From the human T2T-CHM13v2.0 reference genome, Homo sapiens, in the NCBI GenBank assembly GCA_009914755.4, contig CP086569.2, forward strand, positions 6,720,001 to 6,784,000: 64,000 nt of DNA. The letters run 5' to 3'. The notes under the pieces are model-generated. The model had not been told where the DNA came from. It did not search any database and saw only the letters and a list, made by a program, of their open reading frames with translations. Made by a program: the position numbers and the translations under genes. Below, piece after piece: positions 50,360 to 64,000 of this stretch (positions are counted from its first letter, which is position 1; each line of letters begins with the position of its first letter).

Positions 50360-50715
50360 AGTGTCTTAGTCCATGCATGCTGCTAATACTTTTGACTGGG
50401 TTAATTTATAAATAACAGAAATTTATTGTTCACAGTAGTGATAGACTAGAAATACAAGATCAAGGCACAAGCAGACTCAATGCTTCCTGAGAACTACATT
50501 TCTGCTTCCAAGATGTCATATTCTTTCTGTGACCTCATATGGCGAAAAGGGCAAATACACTCCCTTCAATCTCTTTTATAAAGCTACTAATACCATTCAT
50601 AAGGGTGGAACCCTCAAGACATAATCCCTTCCCAAAGTCTCTGTCTTCTGATGCCATCACATGGGGAATTTCGTTTCAATATACACATTTTGGCGAGATA
50701 CTAACATTCAGATCA
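50360..50715 (-). mobile_element. MaLR LTR (MLT1-like), antisense
   Basis: Contains ttagtccatgcatgctgctaatacttttgactgggttaatttataaataacagaaatttattgttcacagtag...agatcaaggcacaagcagactcaatgcttcctgag...ctgtgacctcatatggcgaaaagggcaaatacactcccttcaatctcttttataaagctactaataccattcataagggtggaaccctcaagacataatcccttcccaaag...atgccatcacatggggaatttcgtttcaatatacacattttggcgagatactaacattcagatcatagca. This matches the MLT1/MaLR consensus (...ctctcttttataagggcactaatcccattcatgagggctccaccctcatgacctaat...caacatatgaattttgggggacacaaacattcagtccatagca). Confidence 0.8.
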
Positions 50716-51555
50716 TAGCATACAGTAGAGCATTCAAAGAGATAAGTGAAAGAGCAGGTCACTCTTCTATTCAAAGCCTGCCAGGGGCATCCTGCCTTTC
50801 TCAGAACAAAAGGCAAGTCTTTGCAATGGTGGACAAGAAGCCAAGTGACTGGTCTATCCCCTTAACCCCATCTTCAACCTTCTGTCTTAGAGTGTTCATC
50901 CTTCTCTCTTAGAATGTGCATCCTTGATATCTTGCCTTCAGCTGTGCTCTCACCTCACTGTTTCTTAAGTATGCAAATCTCACTCCTGCCTCAGACTTTT
51001 CTCTTTGTCTTTCTGCCTAGAGCACTCACCCTTCCAGATAACCACTTGATTCACTCCCTCAACTTCTCCCAGGTCTAGGCTCAAATGTCATTTGATAGAA
51101 GGGAATCCCTGGCTGCACCCTATTAAGGAGACTCCTCTTCTCTACAAAAGTTGCTGCCTCTTACCTGTTGCAATTTTTCTCCTTGGTTCTCTTCACTTCC
51201 TCTGTGTCTGGGTGTTGTGTTTGTGTGTGTATGCACGTGCACATGTGTCCCCTTCCTGTTGCATCTTTCTTCATGGCAATTTTACAGAACACTTCAACTA
51301 CCATCTCCAAGTGTTGGACTATGCCACCGTAATAAGTGCAAGCTGAATCTCTTCAAAACAACACAGCACAGACTCATTGAATTTACTGATAATATAAGGA
51401 CACTGTTATTTACCTCCTCAAATTTTTTTGCCAGTTTCACAAAATTGTATTTTTGAAATGCTCAGGAAGTATTTGTCATATAAGTGGCCATTAAGATTTT
51501 ATTATTCAGCATTACCAAAGGCATTCAGTGTACTTCTCTTAACATCTAGTAATAG

Positions 51556-51722
51556 GTCAGGCACAGTGGCTCATGCCTGTAATGCCAGCACTTTGGGGAG
51601 GCTGAGGTAGGAGGATAACCTGAACCTGGGAGGCAGAGGCTGCAGTGAGCTGAGATCACACCACTGCATTCCAGCTTGTGCAACAGAGTGAGACCCTGTC
51701 TCAAAAATAAAAACAAAAAACC
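51556..51722 (+). mobile_element. Alu with large internal deletion (left-arm start fused to right-arm end)
   Basis: Runs ggtcaggcacagtggctcatgcctgtaatgccagcactttggggaggctgaggtaggaggataacctgaacctgggaggcagaggctgcagtgagctgagatcacaccactgcattccagcttgtgcaacagagtgagaccctgtctcaaaaataaaaacaaaaaa. Confidence 0.85.
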
Positions 51723-52544
51723 CAAATGCAAATTAAAATTCCAAAACACACAGATCAATGGATTAAAGTGCCATGCCAAATGCTCTGTATGAAATGTCAA
51801 AAAGGAGAGGGCTTCAGGTGGCTTGGATTCAACAGCACCATGTGACCAAGCACAGCAAAGTGATAGGTCTCACTGGATTTGTCATCATTCACTCAGTTTT
51901 CATCATTTTTAACTCTACTGCGCAATATATTAACATGGGCTAAGCAATTCTAACCATGCAGACAATGTGTAGGTCTTTCCTCAGTGGATGGGCACCACAA
52001 AATAAGCTTGACCAAGTCGCAAAATTGGGGCTGGAGTCAGCTGAACCAAGCAATGCCTATTCCTCTCCCTCTGTTCTCTTTAGAGCCAACAGTTCACCCT
52101 GACTTTTACTCTACTGTGTGTTGAATCTCCCTCAGTTAGGACCACAGCTCCGAGGCTGCAAACACCTGTTGAGCATGAATTCCAAGCTCACTATCCCATG
52201 GGTGACAAGCAACATTGTGACCTGCCTCCCATTGTCAATTGGTGCCATTATCACAGTGACTCCCTACACACCAGGACCACCATGTCACTGTGCCATTCAG
52301 GAACCCCAGGGGCCACCAATATGGCCATCCCAGGATGCTGGCCTATCAGGATCCCAGGGCATGGCCCCAAGCACCAGCTTCATTACCTCTGCAGCCGGCT
52401 CAGTGCCCATGCTTTTGCAAAAACAGGTTTATAGGGGCGCTGACAAATACTGACTACCTGCAAAATGCAAACACTGGTTTGAAAAAGGCCTGTCTGTAGT
52501 GGAAATCCTGTACTTCACACATACTCTGTTTAAAAAAAAATAGG

Positions 52545-52815
52545 GCTGGGCATGGTGGCTCACACCTGTAATTCCAGCATTTTGAGAGCCCAAGGCAGGT
52601 GGATCACCTAAGTTCAGGAATTTAAGACCAGCCTGACCCATATGGTGAAACCTTGTCTCTACTAAAAACACAGAAATTAGCCAGGTGTAGTGGTGGGCGC
52701 CTGTAGTCCCAGCTACTCAGGAGGCTGAGACAGGAGAATTGCTTGAACTTGGGAGGTGGAGGTTGCAAAAGATCTCACTATTGCACTCCAGCCTGGGTGA
52801 CAGAGCAAGAAATAG
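52545..52815 (+). mobile_element. Alu
   Basis: Runs gggctgggcatggtggctcacacctgtaattccagcattttgagagcccaaggcaggtggatcacctaagttcaggaatttaagaccagcctgacc ... cactattgcactccagcctgggtgacagagcaagaaatagaag. Confidence 0.9.
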
Positions 52816-53393
52816 AAGAGCTTTTGAAAAAACAGGTTAAAAATAACAAATCTCTGTTCTTCTCACCATTTAGAGAATCAGTCAAGCAAAACAACAGTTG
52901 CCCTCTAAGTTTTGCAAAGTGAATACTTGGAGCAAAATAAGCCTAATTAGTAACAACTAAATCACCCAGATATAAACCCACAATGAAAGCATATGGGAAC
53001 CTCCTTTCCCCCAAAGTCACCATCAGACTTAGAACCAAGGTAGAAATGAGAAATGATGTATCCATATGCTCCTGACATAACCCTCTAAACCAGGTGGACA
53101 GACGTCCTGGGTAACTGCGGATAGGTACGTATTGCACCCCCAGGATCCCTGTAACTACAGGTTCTCAAGAACACCAGGACCACAACCCACATCCCATCTA
53201 GAAACTTCTTTCTCTGATGCCTGCCAAAAGGTCTACTTTTCAGTTCATTATCATAATGAAGGTGAAGTTTTTGCTAATTAGGTGAAATCGTGCATCAGGC
53301 AATAAAAGGACCAAGAGATGTAAGAATTCCTCCTTGGTACAACCAAAGGAGTAAGAAGAGCCCACTTTTGCTTGAAGGCTTACACTAGTGAAA

Positions 53394-53418
53394 TTAAAAA
53401 AAAAAAAAAAAAAAAAAA
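53394..53418. repeat. poly(A)25 homopolymer (possible tail of an unidentified retroposed fragment upstream)
   Basis: The run gtgaaatt(a)25 is followed by cctgaaaactgggaaaactgg. The 5' side has no Alu or L1 signature that I can recognise. Confidence 0.7.
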
Positions 53419-56400
53419 CCTGAAAACTGGGAAAACTGGTTGGTAGCACGGCACGGGTCAGAAGTGAAAGTGCTATGGTCCAAGAAACCCAACCTGCCCT
53501 GAGTGCACTCAGTGTCTGTAAAGAGTCAAGTGTAAAGGTGGCTCTTTTTCAAACCATTTCCAGAATGTAGACAAACCCTGAATTTATAGAATGGGTTATT
53601 ATGTTTTATGATTTCTACATAGAAAATATTTTCTAACCATATCATTTTATAACAAATTAACAATAGCTAATGTTTCCTTTAAAATTTTTCAAGCACACAG
53701 AAAAGTATGAAGAATAATACAGACACATCTGCCATCCGTTCATTTTGCCATATTTGCTTTAGATTTTTAATACTTAAAAATTACATAATGTTCGAAGCCC
53801 CTTATATAACTCCCATCCTGCTCTAGTTCCTCCACAGTGCAAATCTGATTTTGAAGCTAATCATTCCTATCAGTACTTTTGCACTCACACTACAGGTAAG
53901 CCTACACCAAGGACAGCTGATGTCTTTGCAGGTAACATAGTGTACAGTTCCTGCCATACCTTTTCTCTCCAAGTTGTGCTTTGGGATTTATCTGTGTAGA
54001 TACAGGCAGTTCTACTGTATTTATGACAATTGCAGTGTGCTCCTCATTGTCTGAAAAATCCATCCTCCTGTTGACTGACATTTATTTTTTCCAACTTTTT
54101 TGTGAATATAACACTAAATACGTATTTGTCTGTTTCTTTACATATCCATATCTAAGGTTTACAACTAGAAATGGAACTGCAAAAAAGTGTAAATGCTTTG
54201 TAAAAAATGTGATGAAGTGTCATACTGTATGGTCATTCACAAACATGTCCTCTTTCACTTCTTATTAGGCCAGATGTCTTATGTTACAAAATTTTTATCA
54301 AGAGATCTTGGTTGGAAAAGGGGAAACAGTACTTTGCATATACTCTTTTTCTGTCACAAGATTACATTCTACAAAAACAGAAAATATAGTTAACAAATCT
54401 CATTTAAATAAAAACTATAAACTCAGGCAATAACAGGAGGCTCTCCATTGGCAAAAGAGCATCTCAGAAGAGGCACAAGGACCCAGAGAGTTTTGAAATC
54501 CCAGGAATCACATAGAAAATGTACAAGTATCTGCGTTTTCTTGGGGAGAGGATCCATAGCTTTTACCAAATTATCTGAGAGTCCAGACCCAAAAAAACTT
54601 TAGAAAGGCATTTTTTCAATTCCAAACTTGGGCAGCAATGTGGGAGTGAACATCAGCCAACAGCCGACAGAACCGTGGATGGACACTCTACCTTCCAAAG
54701 CAGACGAATGACTCACCAACATACCTGGAAAGAACATTTTTTTAAATATAATTGACTTCAGAATCCTTTAACATATACTCAGGAAAAAATAATGAGTCAT
54801 AATTCAAGTAATGTGGACTGCTGTTTATATGCAATATTAGAAAATAAATCAAGGTTTCCACTGGGAAAAGCCTGAAGTCCACAGCTTTTTTCTAACCTCA
54901 GTGAGATAGTTAAGACTGGCTGAGAACACTGAACTGCTATTTCAATCATGGAAAGGAGACACGGTTTGGAAATAATGCTGTGGGACTATTTCTCTCTGTA
55001 TTAAATATGCCACACAATTTTTCTTTTTTAATTATTAGGTAATCAGGCAATCAAACAAAAGGAAGCAGACAATTTAAGTTGGAACAGGAGATTCCCACAG
55101 ATTGGAGGGATGGGGCCCCAATGTGAACAGACCCCGCCACGCAGCTTCCCAGCCTTCCAGAAACCCTGTGTGGGCTGCTGGGCTTTTCACCTTAGCAACG
55201 ACTCTAAACATATGTACAGTGACACCAGCTGATTTCTGAAAGATGTAAAAATGGAACAATGGCATAAATTCCAGATTCAAGTAAGGAACACACACCACCA
55301 CCTCTTCCACCCCACCCAACCCCTAAATCCCACTGCTAACCCTGGAGGCAATGCAACATATGCAAACATAGCTTTAATCCCCCTCACATACCAATTTATC
55401 TGCATAATCACATGCCTACAAAAGCTAAATAAGGTCTTTAGATTAACTCTGCACAAACATGTGCACAGACAAAAAATGGCCAAGAGATGGCCGAATCTGG
55501 CAACAGCAGACTAGCCCACAGCAGCCACAGCCCACCTATGGGAGTGCTGTACATTCACCAGCCACAGCTCTGCTTCCCACTCTCTGCCTCATACCTCAAT
55601 GGGCTATTGGTCCTCTCTCTCAGGGCCTTTCCAGATCTCGGCTTCTGGTCCTCTGGGCCTCAAAGTGCAATGCAGGTACTGACAGGCAGATCTCCATCAG
55701 AAGAGAGACAAAGATGAGGTTAACTGCCTGGGCAAAGGTTCCAGGCAGAATATCAAGCATGTCTGGTAAAGTAGAGTGACAGTCCAGGCTCAGACCTCAG
55801 AACCAGTTTCTGTCTTTGAAGAACGCAATCCATTTCACCTGAGAGTTGGAAAACATTGAATTTCCCAGAGATGCTGAGGCTTTGGGAAGACAGCATTTAG
55901 TCCAGGATAAACCAGCAATACTCTCGACCAGGTTTGCAAAAATTAATGGCCCAACATTATCAAGGTGAAGGATGAGGAGAGACAAAGCAGGGAGAAGCCA
56001 TGTGAACTCCTTGCCGCCTGCAGTCAGATCTTCCAGTACTCCAGGTGCTTAAGCAGGATATGACTTTTCCTTACTTCTTCACTATCATCTTTTTGAAGCA
56101 TTAGATGGAAAACTAGGTGAATAAATCCCCAATTAGGAGCTGACATTCTCAAGAGAAAAAACAAACTTGATGTTTCATAGTGTAAAAATCTATTGTGGGC
56201 CCTACAGATATAGTTCTCATTACAGTCCTCATTATAATTACATACTAAATACTCCAAGGAAAAACACAATTGCATGTTAAGACATGAAAAAATTATTGCA
56301 GAATAACCAAGCTTTTGTTCCCTCACAGAGCCTTTTCTGCAATATTTTACATCCAGGTGACAAAGGAGTGGCCAGAGGGAGAATGGGAAGGAGAATGGAA

Positions 56401-56517
56401 AGAGGCTCATATCACAGATCTGAAAACAGGCGTCATTTACATGCTTCATAATTCTGAACTCAGGATGCAAAACCCATAAAAATTATGTACTCAGGACTGT
56501 TTGCAAATCTAAGTGCA

Positions 56518-57218
<701 letters not shown>

Positions 57219-59292
57219 TAATTGCTTAAACTGAATTTGTGGCAAACTATTTCTAAGTAAAAATCAGCTCAGATTTGTGTTTTTCAGTGTAATCTGTTAA
57301 AAGCCAGGGTACACAGGCATTCCTAACACATAGTGTATGTGTGCATGCATGAGCAAATGAGACAGAGCCTGAGGCTGACTAGAAGGATGGTAAGGGTACC
57401 ACAGAGAACACAATGCCTACTCTTGGATTTGCCAGAGAATTAACCTAGTTCAGAACCTCACCTGTCAGAAAACACAAAGCAGCAAAGGGTCTGAATTTGG
57501 TCAGTCACTTCCCAAAGAGAAGCATCCATAAACCACCATTTACCTTCAGATAAAGACTAACAGGTTTATTACAAATGATTCACAGCTCACGTTTTCCAAG
57601 GAAGGGCTTCCAACTAAGAAGTCACAGGGCAGACACAGTCATGGTGCACCTCCCTGCAGCTGTCTCTGTCATCAGTGTCTTACACAGTTTATGCTTCACG
57701 GGTCATGAGGCTCTGTTCTTTGCTCCTGTGGACCAACAGAGTAGGGGAAACTAAGGATTCCAAGCTGTTTGGGGTGTGGGGAATTCACCCATCCATGCAG
57801 GGCCAGCTCTAACCCTCTGAACCCAGGGTCACATTATGGACATAAAAAAGTTGGCACAGGCAGCCAGCTGCTCCTCAAGCCCAGCCCCCACACTTTCTGC
57901 TCCCGACTGAAGTTGTAAGTCTAGGACTTCCTGGGCCTCAATCTCCTCGTCTGCATACTGGGAACAATCCCTGGGGTCTGCACTGTGCTCTGGAAGGAGC
58001 ACACAGCACCGTGTGTGCTGAGCACACACAAGCAACCCTGACTCAGGACAGTTTCCCAGCCCTAAGTCATGACTAAGGCTTAACTATCCATTTCAAATTA
58101 CATCTGCACAATGCTTTACTTTCATATGTTATTTTATTTGGAGCCTCTAATGAGCCTCAGCTAACAGATGGTATTATTTCCACATTGCAAACAAACAGAT
58201 GGTAGCTGCAACCATCCAAAGACACTCCCTTGCTGTGAATGCCTGGTCAGCCCTCCAGGCAGGACCATCAACTTCAGACCCCATCAGAGCCAACACAGCC
58301 CACTGCTGTCTGCACACTCCTGGAAAATATCTGTGTGTCTGGACTGACCGACATTGATTTTATCCTCTTGAGGATAAAATAATCCCATCTGTCAAGATGA
58401 CCCACGAATAAAGCCTCCTCCTGAACGTTGCCTCAGCATCTGGAGGATAAGCCCACGATGAAAAATGCAAGCATATAGGAAGACAGTCTGTGCCGAGGCC
58501 CCCAGGATTAGAGAGGGCCAGAAATGAAAGTGCCCTCACACATGCTGGGAGCTGCCAACACCTTCAGACTGGGAAGAACAAAGAGCTCCCAAGCACGAGG
58601 GCATGGGAACACAGTAGAGGGACAGACGTGAGGCCAGAGGTGGCTGGAGCAGCAGCACTCACCAAAAGACTCAATGCCATGCTCTCCCTTAGTATCCCGC
58701 TTAGGGGGCTCTGCCCTTAGGGGTAGATGAGCACTGCTATGAAGGGCTGGACCTGGGAGGCAGTCCCCTTTCACTCCTCTGTCCCTACAGCCATGGGAGG
58801 ACACAGCACCAAGCACCACATGTAGGCAGAGACCAGGCCCTCCAGTGGCACCAGGCTTTCCAACTTCCAGCTTCCAGAACTGTAAGAAATAAATTTCTGT
58901 TCTATATAAATGACCCAGTCTCAGACATTGTTATAGCAGCATAAATGGGCTAAGGAAAAAAAAGGAAATGCACTAAGAAATCCAATTTAAAGACAAAGTT
59001 TGTCAGACAGGAATGGAAAAACTAACCCAGCTAGCGCAGCATGAGTTAAGCGATACCTAAACCATGAAAACTGGCAAACATTTCAGAAAAGACAAACTGG
59101 GCACATATTGCACACATCAGACTGGGCTTCTTCTACCAATGCCGGGTACAGACCTGAGGCCAGAATGCATTTCAGGAGATAAAATGAGCCACTATAATAT
59201 GGCAGAAAGTTTCTTTCCTAGGAGAACTAAGACGATCCAAACATTTATGCAAATAAGAAAGCCTCTGAGTAAAGGGCAAGAATCAGCAGAAC

Positions 59293-59577
59293 AGGCCAGA
59301 CATGGTAGCTTATAATCCCAGCAATTTGGGAGGCCAAGGCAGACAGATCACTTGAGGTCAGGAGTTGGAGACCAGCCTGGACAACATAGTGAAACCCCAT
59401 CTCTGCTAACACTACAAAAAAAAAAAAATAGCCAGGCATGGTGGTGGGTGCTTTTAATCCCAGGTACTTGTGAGGCTGAGGCAGGAGAATCCCTTGAACC
59501 CAGGAGGCAGAGGTTGCAGTGAGCTGAAATTGCACTCCAGCCTGGGTGACAGAACCAATCTGTCTCAAAATAGAAGA
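59293..59577 (+). mobile_element. Alu
   Basis: Runs ggccagacatggtagcttataatcccagcaatttgggaggccaaggcagacagatcacttgaggtcaggagttggagaccagcctggacaacatagtgaaacccc ... gagctgaaattgcactccagcctgggtgacagaaccaatctgtctcaaaatag. Confidence 0.9.
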
Positions 59578-60951
59578 AAACAAATCAACAGAACAGAGAA
59601 CATGAGCCTCAGCCACGGAGCAGATATTAAAGTGCCTTTCAGTAGAGAACAGACCAAGGAAGTAACCCCACCAAATCTAGAAGGAGAAGATCTGAAAGCA
59701 ATACCAAGCTTGAGATACCAAGCACATATAAAATAATCCAAATCATCCAAAAATCACCATTTTTCAGGGTCACAGGGAACAGTCATCAAAACTTTACCAC
59801 ACACAGAACTATAGAGTTAGCCTAAAAACTGTTAAAGAGTCATCTTCTGAAATAACAATGCAATTCAGATGGGAGGAAGGGTGCCTAGAAAACATGACGA
59901 CAAATCTGGGAATTAGAAATGCATTTCTAACTATGAGGGACAAGGGGAGAACAGGGTGGGAATTAAAAATATTAAAATTGGAAATGACAGAGATGTTACA
60001 TAGCAAATTGGGAGATTCAGGTGAAGCAGTTCTTAGAGGGAAAAGTATTTATACTTGTTTCTAGAAAGCACATAAATAAACAAGTTCTAAAAATTAGAAT
60101 ATAACAGAAAGAAAACATGAGAAATATAAGAACATAAAAAGCAAATGTAACAGAGATAAAAAAGTCAAAGATGAGTTTTATTTTAAATTATCTATAAGGT
60201 AAACAGAGAACAAGCTAAATGACAAAATAGGAAAGTAACACGACAAAATAGGAAGGAGAGAACTTTCTGCAAAGCAAATGGCCCAATCTCCATGGCTGTT
60301 TAGTAGGAGGAAGAAAAGGCTCTGCTGGGTGAAAGGCCACCTACAGGGGGTGACCGAGCACACATAGGTGGGCTGAGGCTGGAGTGAAGTGCTGGGCCCA
60401 TGGCATGCCTCTCCTTGGTCTGGACTTTAGAGGAAACAGAAAGAAGCTTGCTGAAATGGAAAGGTGAATAAAAAAATAGATTTTTTAAACATAAATATAT
60501 ACATTATAACATATTTGTATCAGTCAGAGTTCATGGATTAAGTAGGTGGTATATGTTGAGAGATTTACTGTGAGGAACTGCTGCACACGACTGTGGGAAT
60601 GCTGGGCAGGCTTTCGGGTAGGAGCCTTGGTTCTAACCCCAAGGCCTCTCTGCAGCCTGAGTCAAGCCCATCACGCCACCTGGGACATCTGGCTTGACTC
60701 AGTCCAACATGCTGCAGATCAGAGCAGCATCCACCAAACACTGCCACACCAGCACCTGGGTGCATGCTTCTTTGAGTCATCCAGCAGTGTAGCTTCAAAA
60801 AACTGACACATAAACCTGACCATCAGACTGGTGTGTACATGTATTTGTGCATATAAACATGTACACATAAAAAAAGATCTGTTCTTCAGGTAGTGAAAAT
60901 GTGATTATTTTACATTCTATTTTTACTTACTGGTTTCTCCTAATTTTCTAA

Positions 60952-61278
<327 letters not shown>

Positions 61279-61512
61279 AATAAAGGTTACTTAAAAAAAA
61301 AAAAGAAAGAATAAAAAGAAGTGACTGCAAACAGTTCCAACATTAGGAAAAACATTGTTTTTCACCAGTAAGGATGGTATCATCCTTACTGTTCTCAGAA
61401 CAGTCAGCTGTAGGTGTTTCTCAGAATGTTCTCCATCAAACTGAGGAAATTCCCCTCTGTTCTTACTTTGCAGAGAACTTTCCTTGTAAATGGGTATGGA
61501 ATTACAAAAAAA

Positions 61513-61800
61513 ATTTTTTTTTTTGAGACAGTATCTCACTTTGTTGCCCAGGCTGGAGTGCAGGTGTGGTCTTGGCTCACTGCAGCCTCCACCTCCTGGG
61601 CTCAAATGATCCTCCTGCCTCAGCCTCCAGAGTAGGTGGGACTACAGTTGCACCACCATGCCCGGCTAATTTTTGTACTTTTTTTAGACACGGGCTTTCA
61701 CCATGTTGCTCAGGCTGATCTGTAGCTCCTGGACAAAACAGTCCTCCCATCTCATCCTCCCAAAGTGCTGGGATTACAGGCATGAGCCACCGTGTTGGCC
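61513..61800 (-). mobile_element. Alu, antisense
   Basis: Runs ttttttttttgagacagtatctcactttgttgcccaggctggagtgcaggtgtggtcttggctcactgcagcctccacc ... gtgctgggattacaggcatgagccaccgtgttggcc. Confidence 0.9.
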
Positions 61801-62147
61801 CTCAAATATCATTTTTAAAAAATACCTTCTTACATGAGCTTATGGCACTTATTTTATTATGTGAATATGGTATATTACATAAATTTTTAAAGGCTAAACC
61901 AAATTTGAACTTCTGAGAGAAACCCCACTTGCTCATGAAGTATCGTTATCCTTTATATCTGCTATAATTTAATTTATATCTCTATTACTGTGGGTATTTC
62001 TCTAATTTTGGCAACAACGTGTCCCTGATTCATAGTAAGACTGGGATGCATACCCTCCTCTGCTGTTAAAGGGGATCTATGTACTGATTTAATTCTTTAA
62101 ACATATAGTACAAATGACCAGGTAAGTCACCTGGGACTGATGGTTTC

Positions 62148-64000
62148 TTTGTTATTTTATTATACTTTAAGTTCTAGGGTACATGTGCACAAAGTACAGG
62201 TTTGTTACATATGTATACATGTGCAATGATGGTGTGTTGCACCTGTCAACTCGACATTTACATTAGGTTTATCTCCTATTGCTATCCATCTCCCCCTCCC
62301 CCCACCCGATGACAGACCCCAGTGTGTGATGTTCTCCACCCTGTGTCCAAGTGTTCTTATTGTTGAATTCCCATGTATGAGTGAGAACATGTGGTGTTTG
62401 GTTTTCTATCCTTGCAATAGTTTGCTCACAATGATGCTTTCCAGCTTCACCCATGTCCCTACAAAGGACATGATCTCATCCTCTTTTATGGCTGCATAGT
62501 ATTCCATGATGGATATGTGCCACATTTTCTTAATCCAGAATATCGTTGATGGATATTTGGGTTGGTTCCAGGTCTTTGTTATTGTGAATAGTGCCACAAT
62601 AAACATATGTGTGCATGTGTCTTTACAGCAGCATGATTTATAATCCTTCGGGTATATACACAGTAATGGGATCACTGGGTCAAATGGTATTTCTAGTTCT
62701 AGATCCTTGAGGAATCACCACACTGTCTTCCGCAATGGTTGAACTAGTTTACAGTCCCACCAACAGTGTCAAAGTGTTCCTATTTCTCCATATCCTCTCC
62801 AGCACCTGCTGTTCCCTGACTTTTTAGTGATTGCCATTCTAACTGGTGTGAGATGCTATCTCATTGTGGTTTTGATTTGCATTTCTCTGATGGCCAGTGA
62901 CGATGAGCATTTTTTCATGTGTTTATTGGCTGCATAAATGTCTTCTTTTGAGAAGTGTCTGTTCAGATCCTTTGCCCACTTTTTGATGGGGTTGTTTGAT
63001 TTTTTTCTAGTAAATTTGTTTAAGTTCTTTATAGATTCTGGATATTAGCTGTTTGTCAGATGGGTAGATTGTAAAAATTTTCTCCCATTTTGTAGGTTGT
63101 CTGTTCACTCTGATGGTAGTTTCTTTTGCCATGCAGAAGCTCTTTAGTTTAATTAGATCCCATTTGTTAATGTTGGCTTTTGTTGCCATTGCTTTTGGTG
63201 TTTTATACATGAAGTACTCGCCCATGCCTGTGTCCTGAATGGTAATGCCTAGGTTTTCTTCTAGGGTTTTTGTGGTTTTAGGACTAACATTTAAGTCTTT
63301 AATCCATCTTGAATTAATTTTTGTATAAGGTGTAAGGAAGGGATCTAGTTTCAGCTTCCTACATATTGTTAGCCAGTTTTCCCAGCACCATTTGTTAAAT
63401 AGGGAATCCTTTCCCCATTTCTTGTTTTTGTCAGGTTTGTCAAAGATCAGATGGTGGTAGATGTGTGGTATTATTTCCGAGGGCTCTGTTCTGTTCCATT
63501 GGTCTATATCTCTGTTTTGGTACCAGTACCATGCTGTTTTGGTTACTGTAACCTTGTAGTATCATTTGAACTCAGGTAGTGTGATGCCTCCAGCTTTGTT
63601 CTTTTGGCTTAGGGTTGTCTTGGCAGTGCGGGCTCTTTTTTGTTTCCATATGAACTTTAAAGTAGTTTTTTCCAATTCTGTGAAGAAAGTCATTGGTAGC
63701 TTGATGGGGATGGCATTGAATCTATAAATTACCTTGGACAGTATGGCCATTTTCATGATATTGATTCTTCCTATCCATGAGCATGGAATGTTCTTCCCTT
63801 TGTTTGTGTCCTCTTTCATTTCATTGACCTCACCTTGAAGACGTCCTTCACATCCCTTGTAAATTGGATTTGTAGGTTTTTTATTCTCTTTGAAGCAATT
63901 GTGAATGGGAGTTCACTCATGATTTGGCTCTCTGTTTGTCTGTTATTGATGTATGGGAATGCTTGTGACTTTTGCACATTGATTTTTTATCCTGAGACTT
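62148..64000 (-). mobile_element. L1 (L1PA-type) 3' portion, antisense: 3' UTR and C-terminal ORF2, continues past window end
   Basis: The run ttattatactttaagttctagggtacatgtgcacaaagtacaggtttgttacatatgtatacatgtgc is the reverse complement of the L1 3' end. The minus-strand ORFs 62406..62675, 63007..63225 and 63562..63819 translate L1 ORF2 segments (e.g. ...[55 protein letters not shown]; ...[60 protein letters not shown]). Confidence 0.9.

Noticed and set aside
56024-56470. 148-aa minus-strand ORF.
   Set aside because: No recognisable domain, no flanking splice signals, and it sits between repeats. Treated as random.
57900-58000. Possible MIR-like core (gggcctcaatctcctcgtctgcatactgggaacaatccctgg).
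   Set aside because: The similarity to the MIR core (gcctcagtttcctcatctgtaaaatgggg) is short and weak, and not enough to call without a database.

Overview
This window is primate genomic DNA, almost certainly human, not a prokaryotic locus. The six-frame ORF track is overwhelmingly spurious: most long ORFs are read-throughs of Alu elements, which is why the '[15 protein letters not shown]...', '[10 protein letters not shown]...' and '[11 protein letters not shown]...' peptides recur.

The one real protein-coding signal is the 3' half of a transducin-beta-like-1 (TBL1 family, WD40-repeat) gene on the + strand.
- It comprises 11 coding exons between 2528 and 23822, all with canonical AG/GT splice sites.
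- They encode a continuous peptide from ...[44 protein letters not shown]... to ...[14 protein letters not shown].
- My best assignment is the Y-linked paralog TBL1Y. The protein matches the TBL1X/TBL1Y lineage rather than TBL1XR1, and it ends two residues early through a CGA->TGA change that is immediately followed by in-frame AAG TAA, the ancestral '...LDLRK*' ending. I cannot exclude TBL1X from memory alone.
- The N-terminal exons (LisH/F-box-like region) lie upstream of the window.

The rest of the window is intronic and downstream DNA saturated with interspersed repeats:
- about 35 Alu copies, including young AluY copies with intact target-site duplications
- MaLR LTRs (THE1/MST-like and MLT1-like)
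- old L1 fragments, plus a minus-strand L1PA-type 3' end running off the window at 62148-64000
- a mariner-type DNA transposon relic with a recognisable transposase remnant
- two Tigger1 (pogo-like) terminal fragments
- a hAT-like MITE
- several micro- and minisatellites.

The most unusual structure is at ~39.4-43.0 kb. It is a class-I (gamma-retrovirus-like) ERV remnant with an env TM pseudogene (immunosuppressive-domain/CX6CC motif, membrane anchor, three in-frame stops), a polypurine tract and a 3' LTR. Its 3' end (LTR plus env tail plus about 40 bp of flanking host DNA) is present a second time in inverted orientation about 2.5 kb upstream. This gives a ~0.7 kb-arm inverted duplication, a mini-palindrome.

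Other items worth a second look:
- an Alu fragment plus an AT-rich minisatellite abutting the 3' splice site of a constitutive TBL1 exon
- a degenerate ~105-bp minisatellite at 15.8-16.3 kb
- a dispersed (GT)n-associated local repeat around 47.8-49.5 kb
- inverted Alu pairs next to exons.

I found no evidence of any novel 'system' in the prokaryotic sense.
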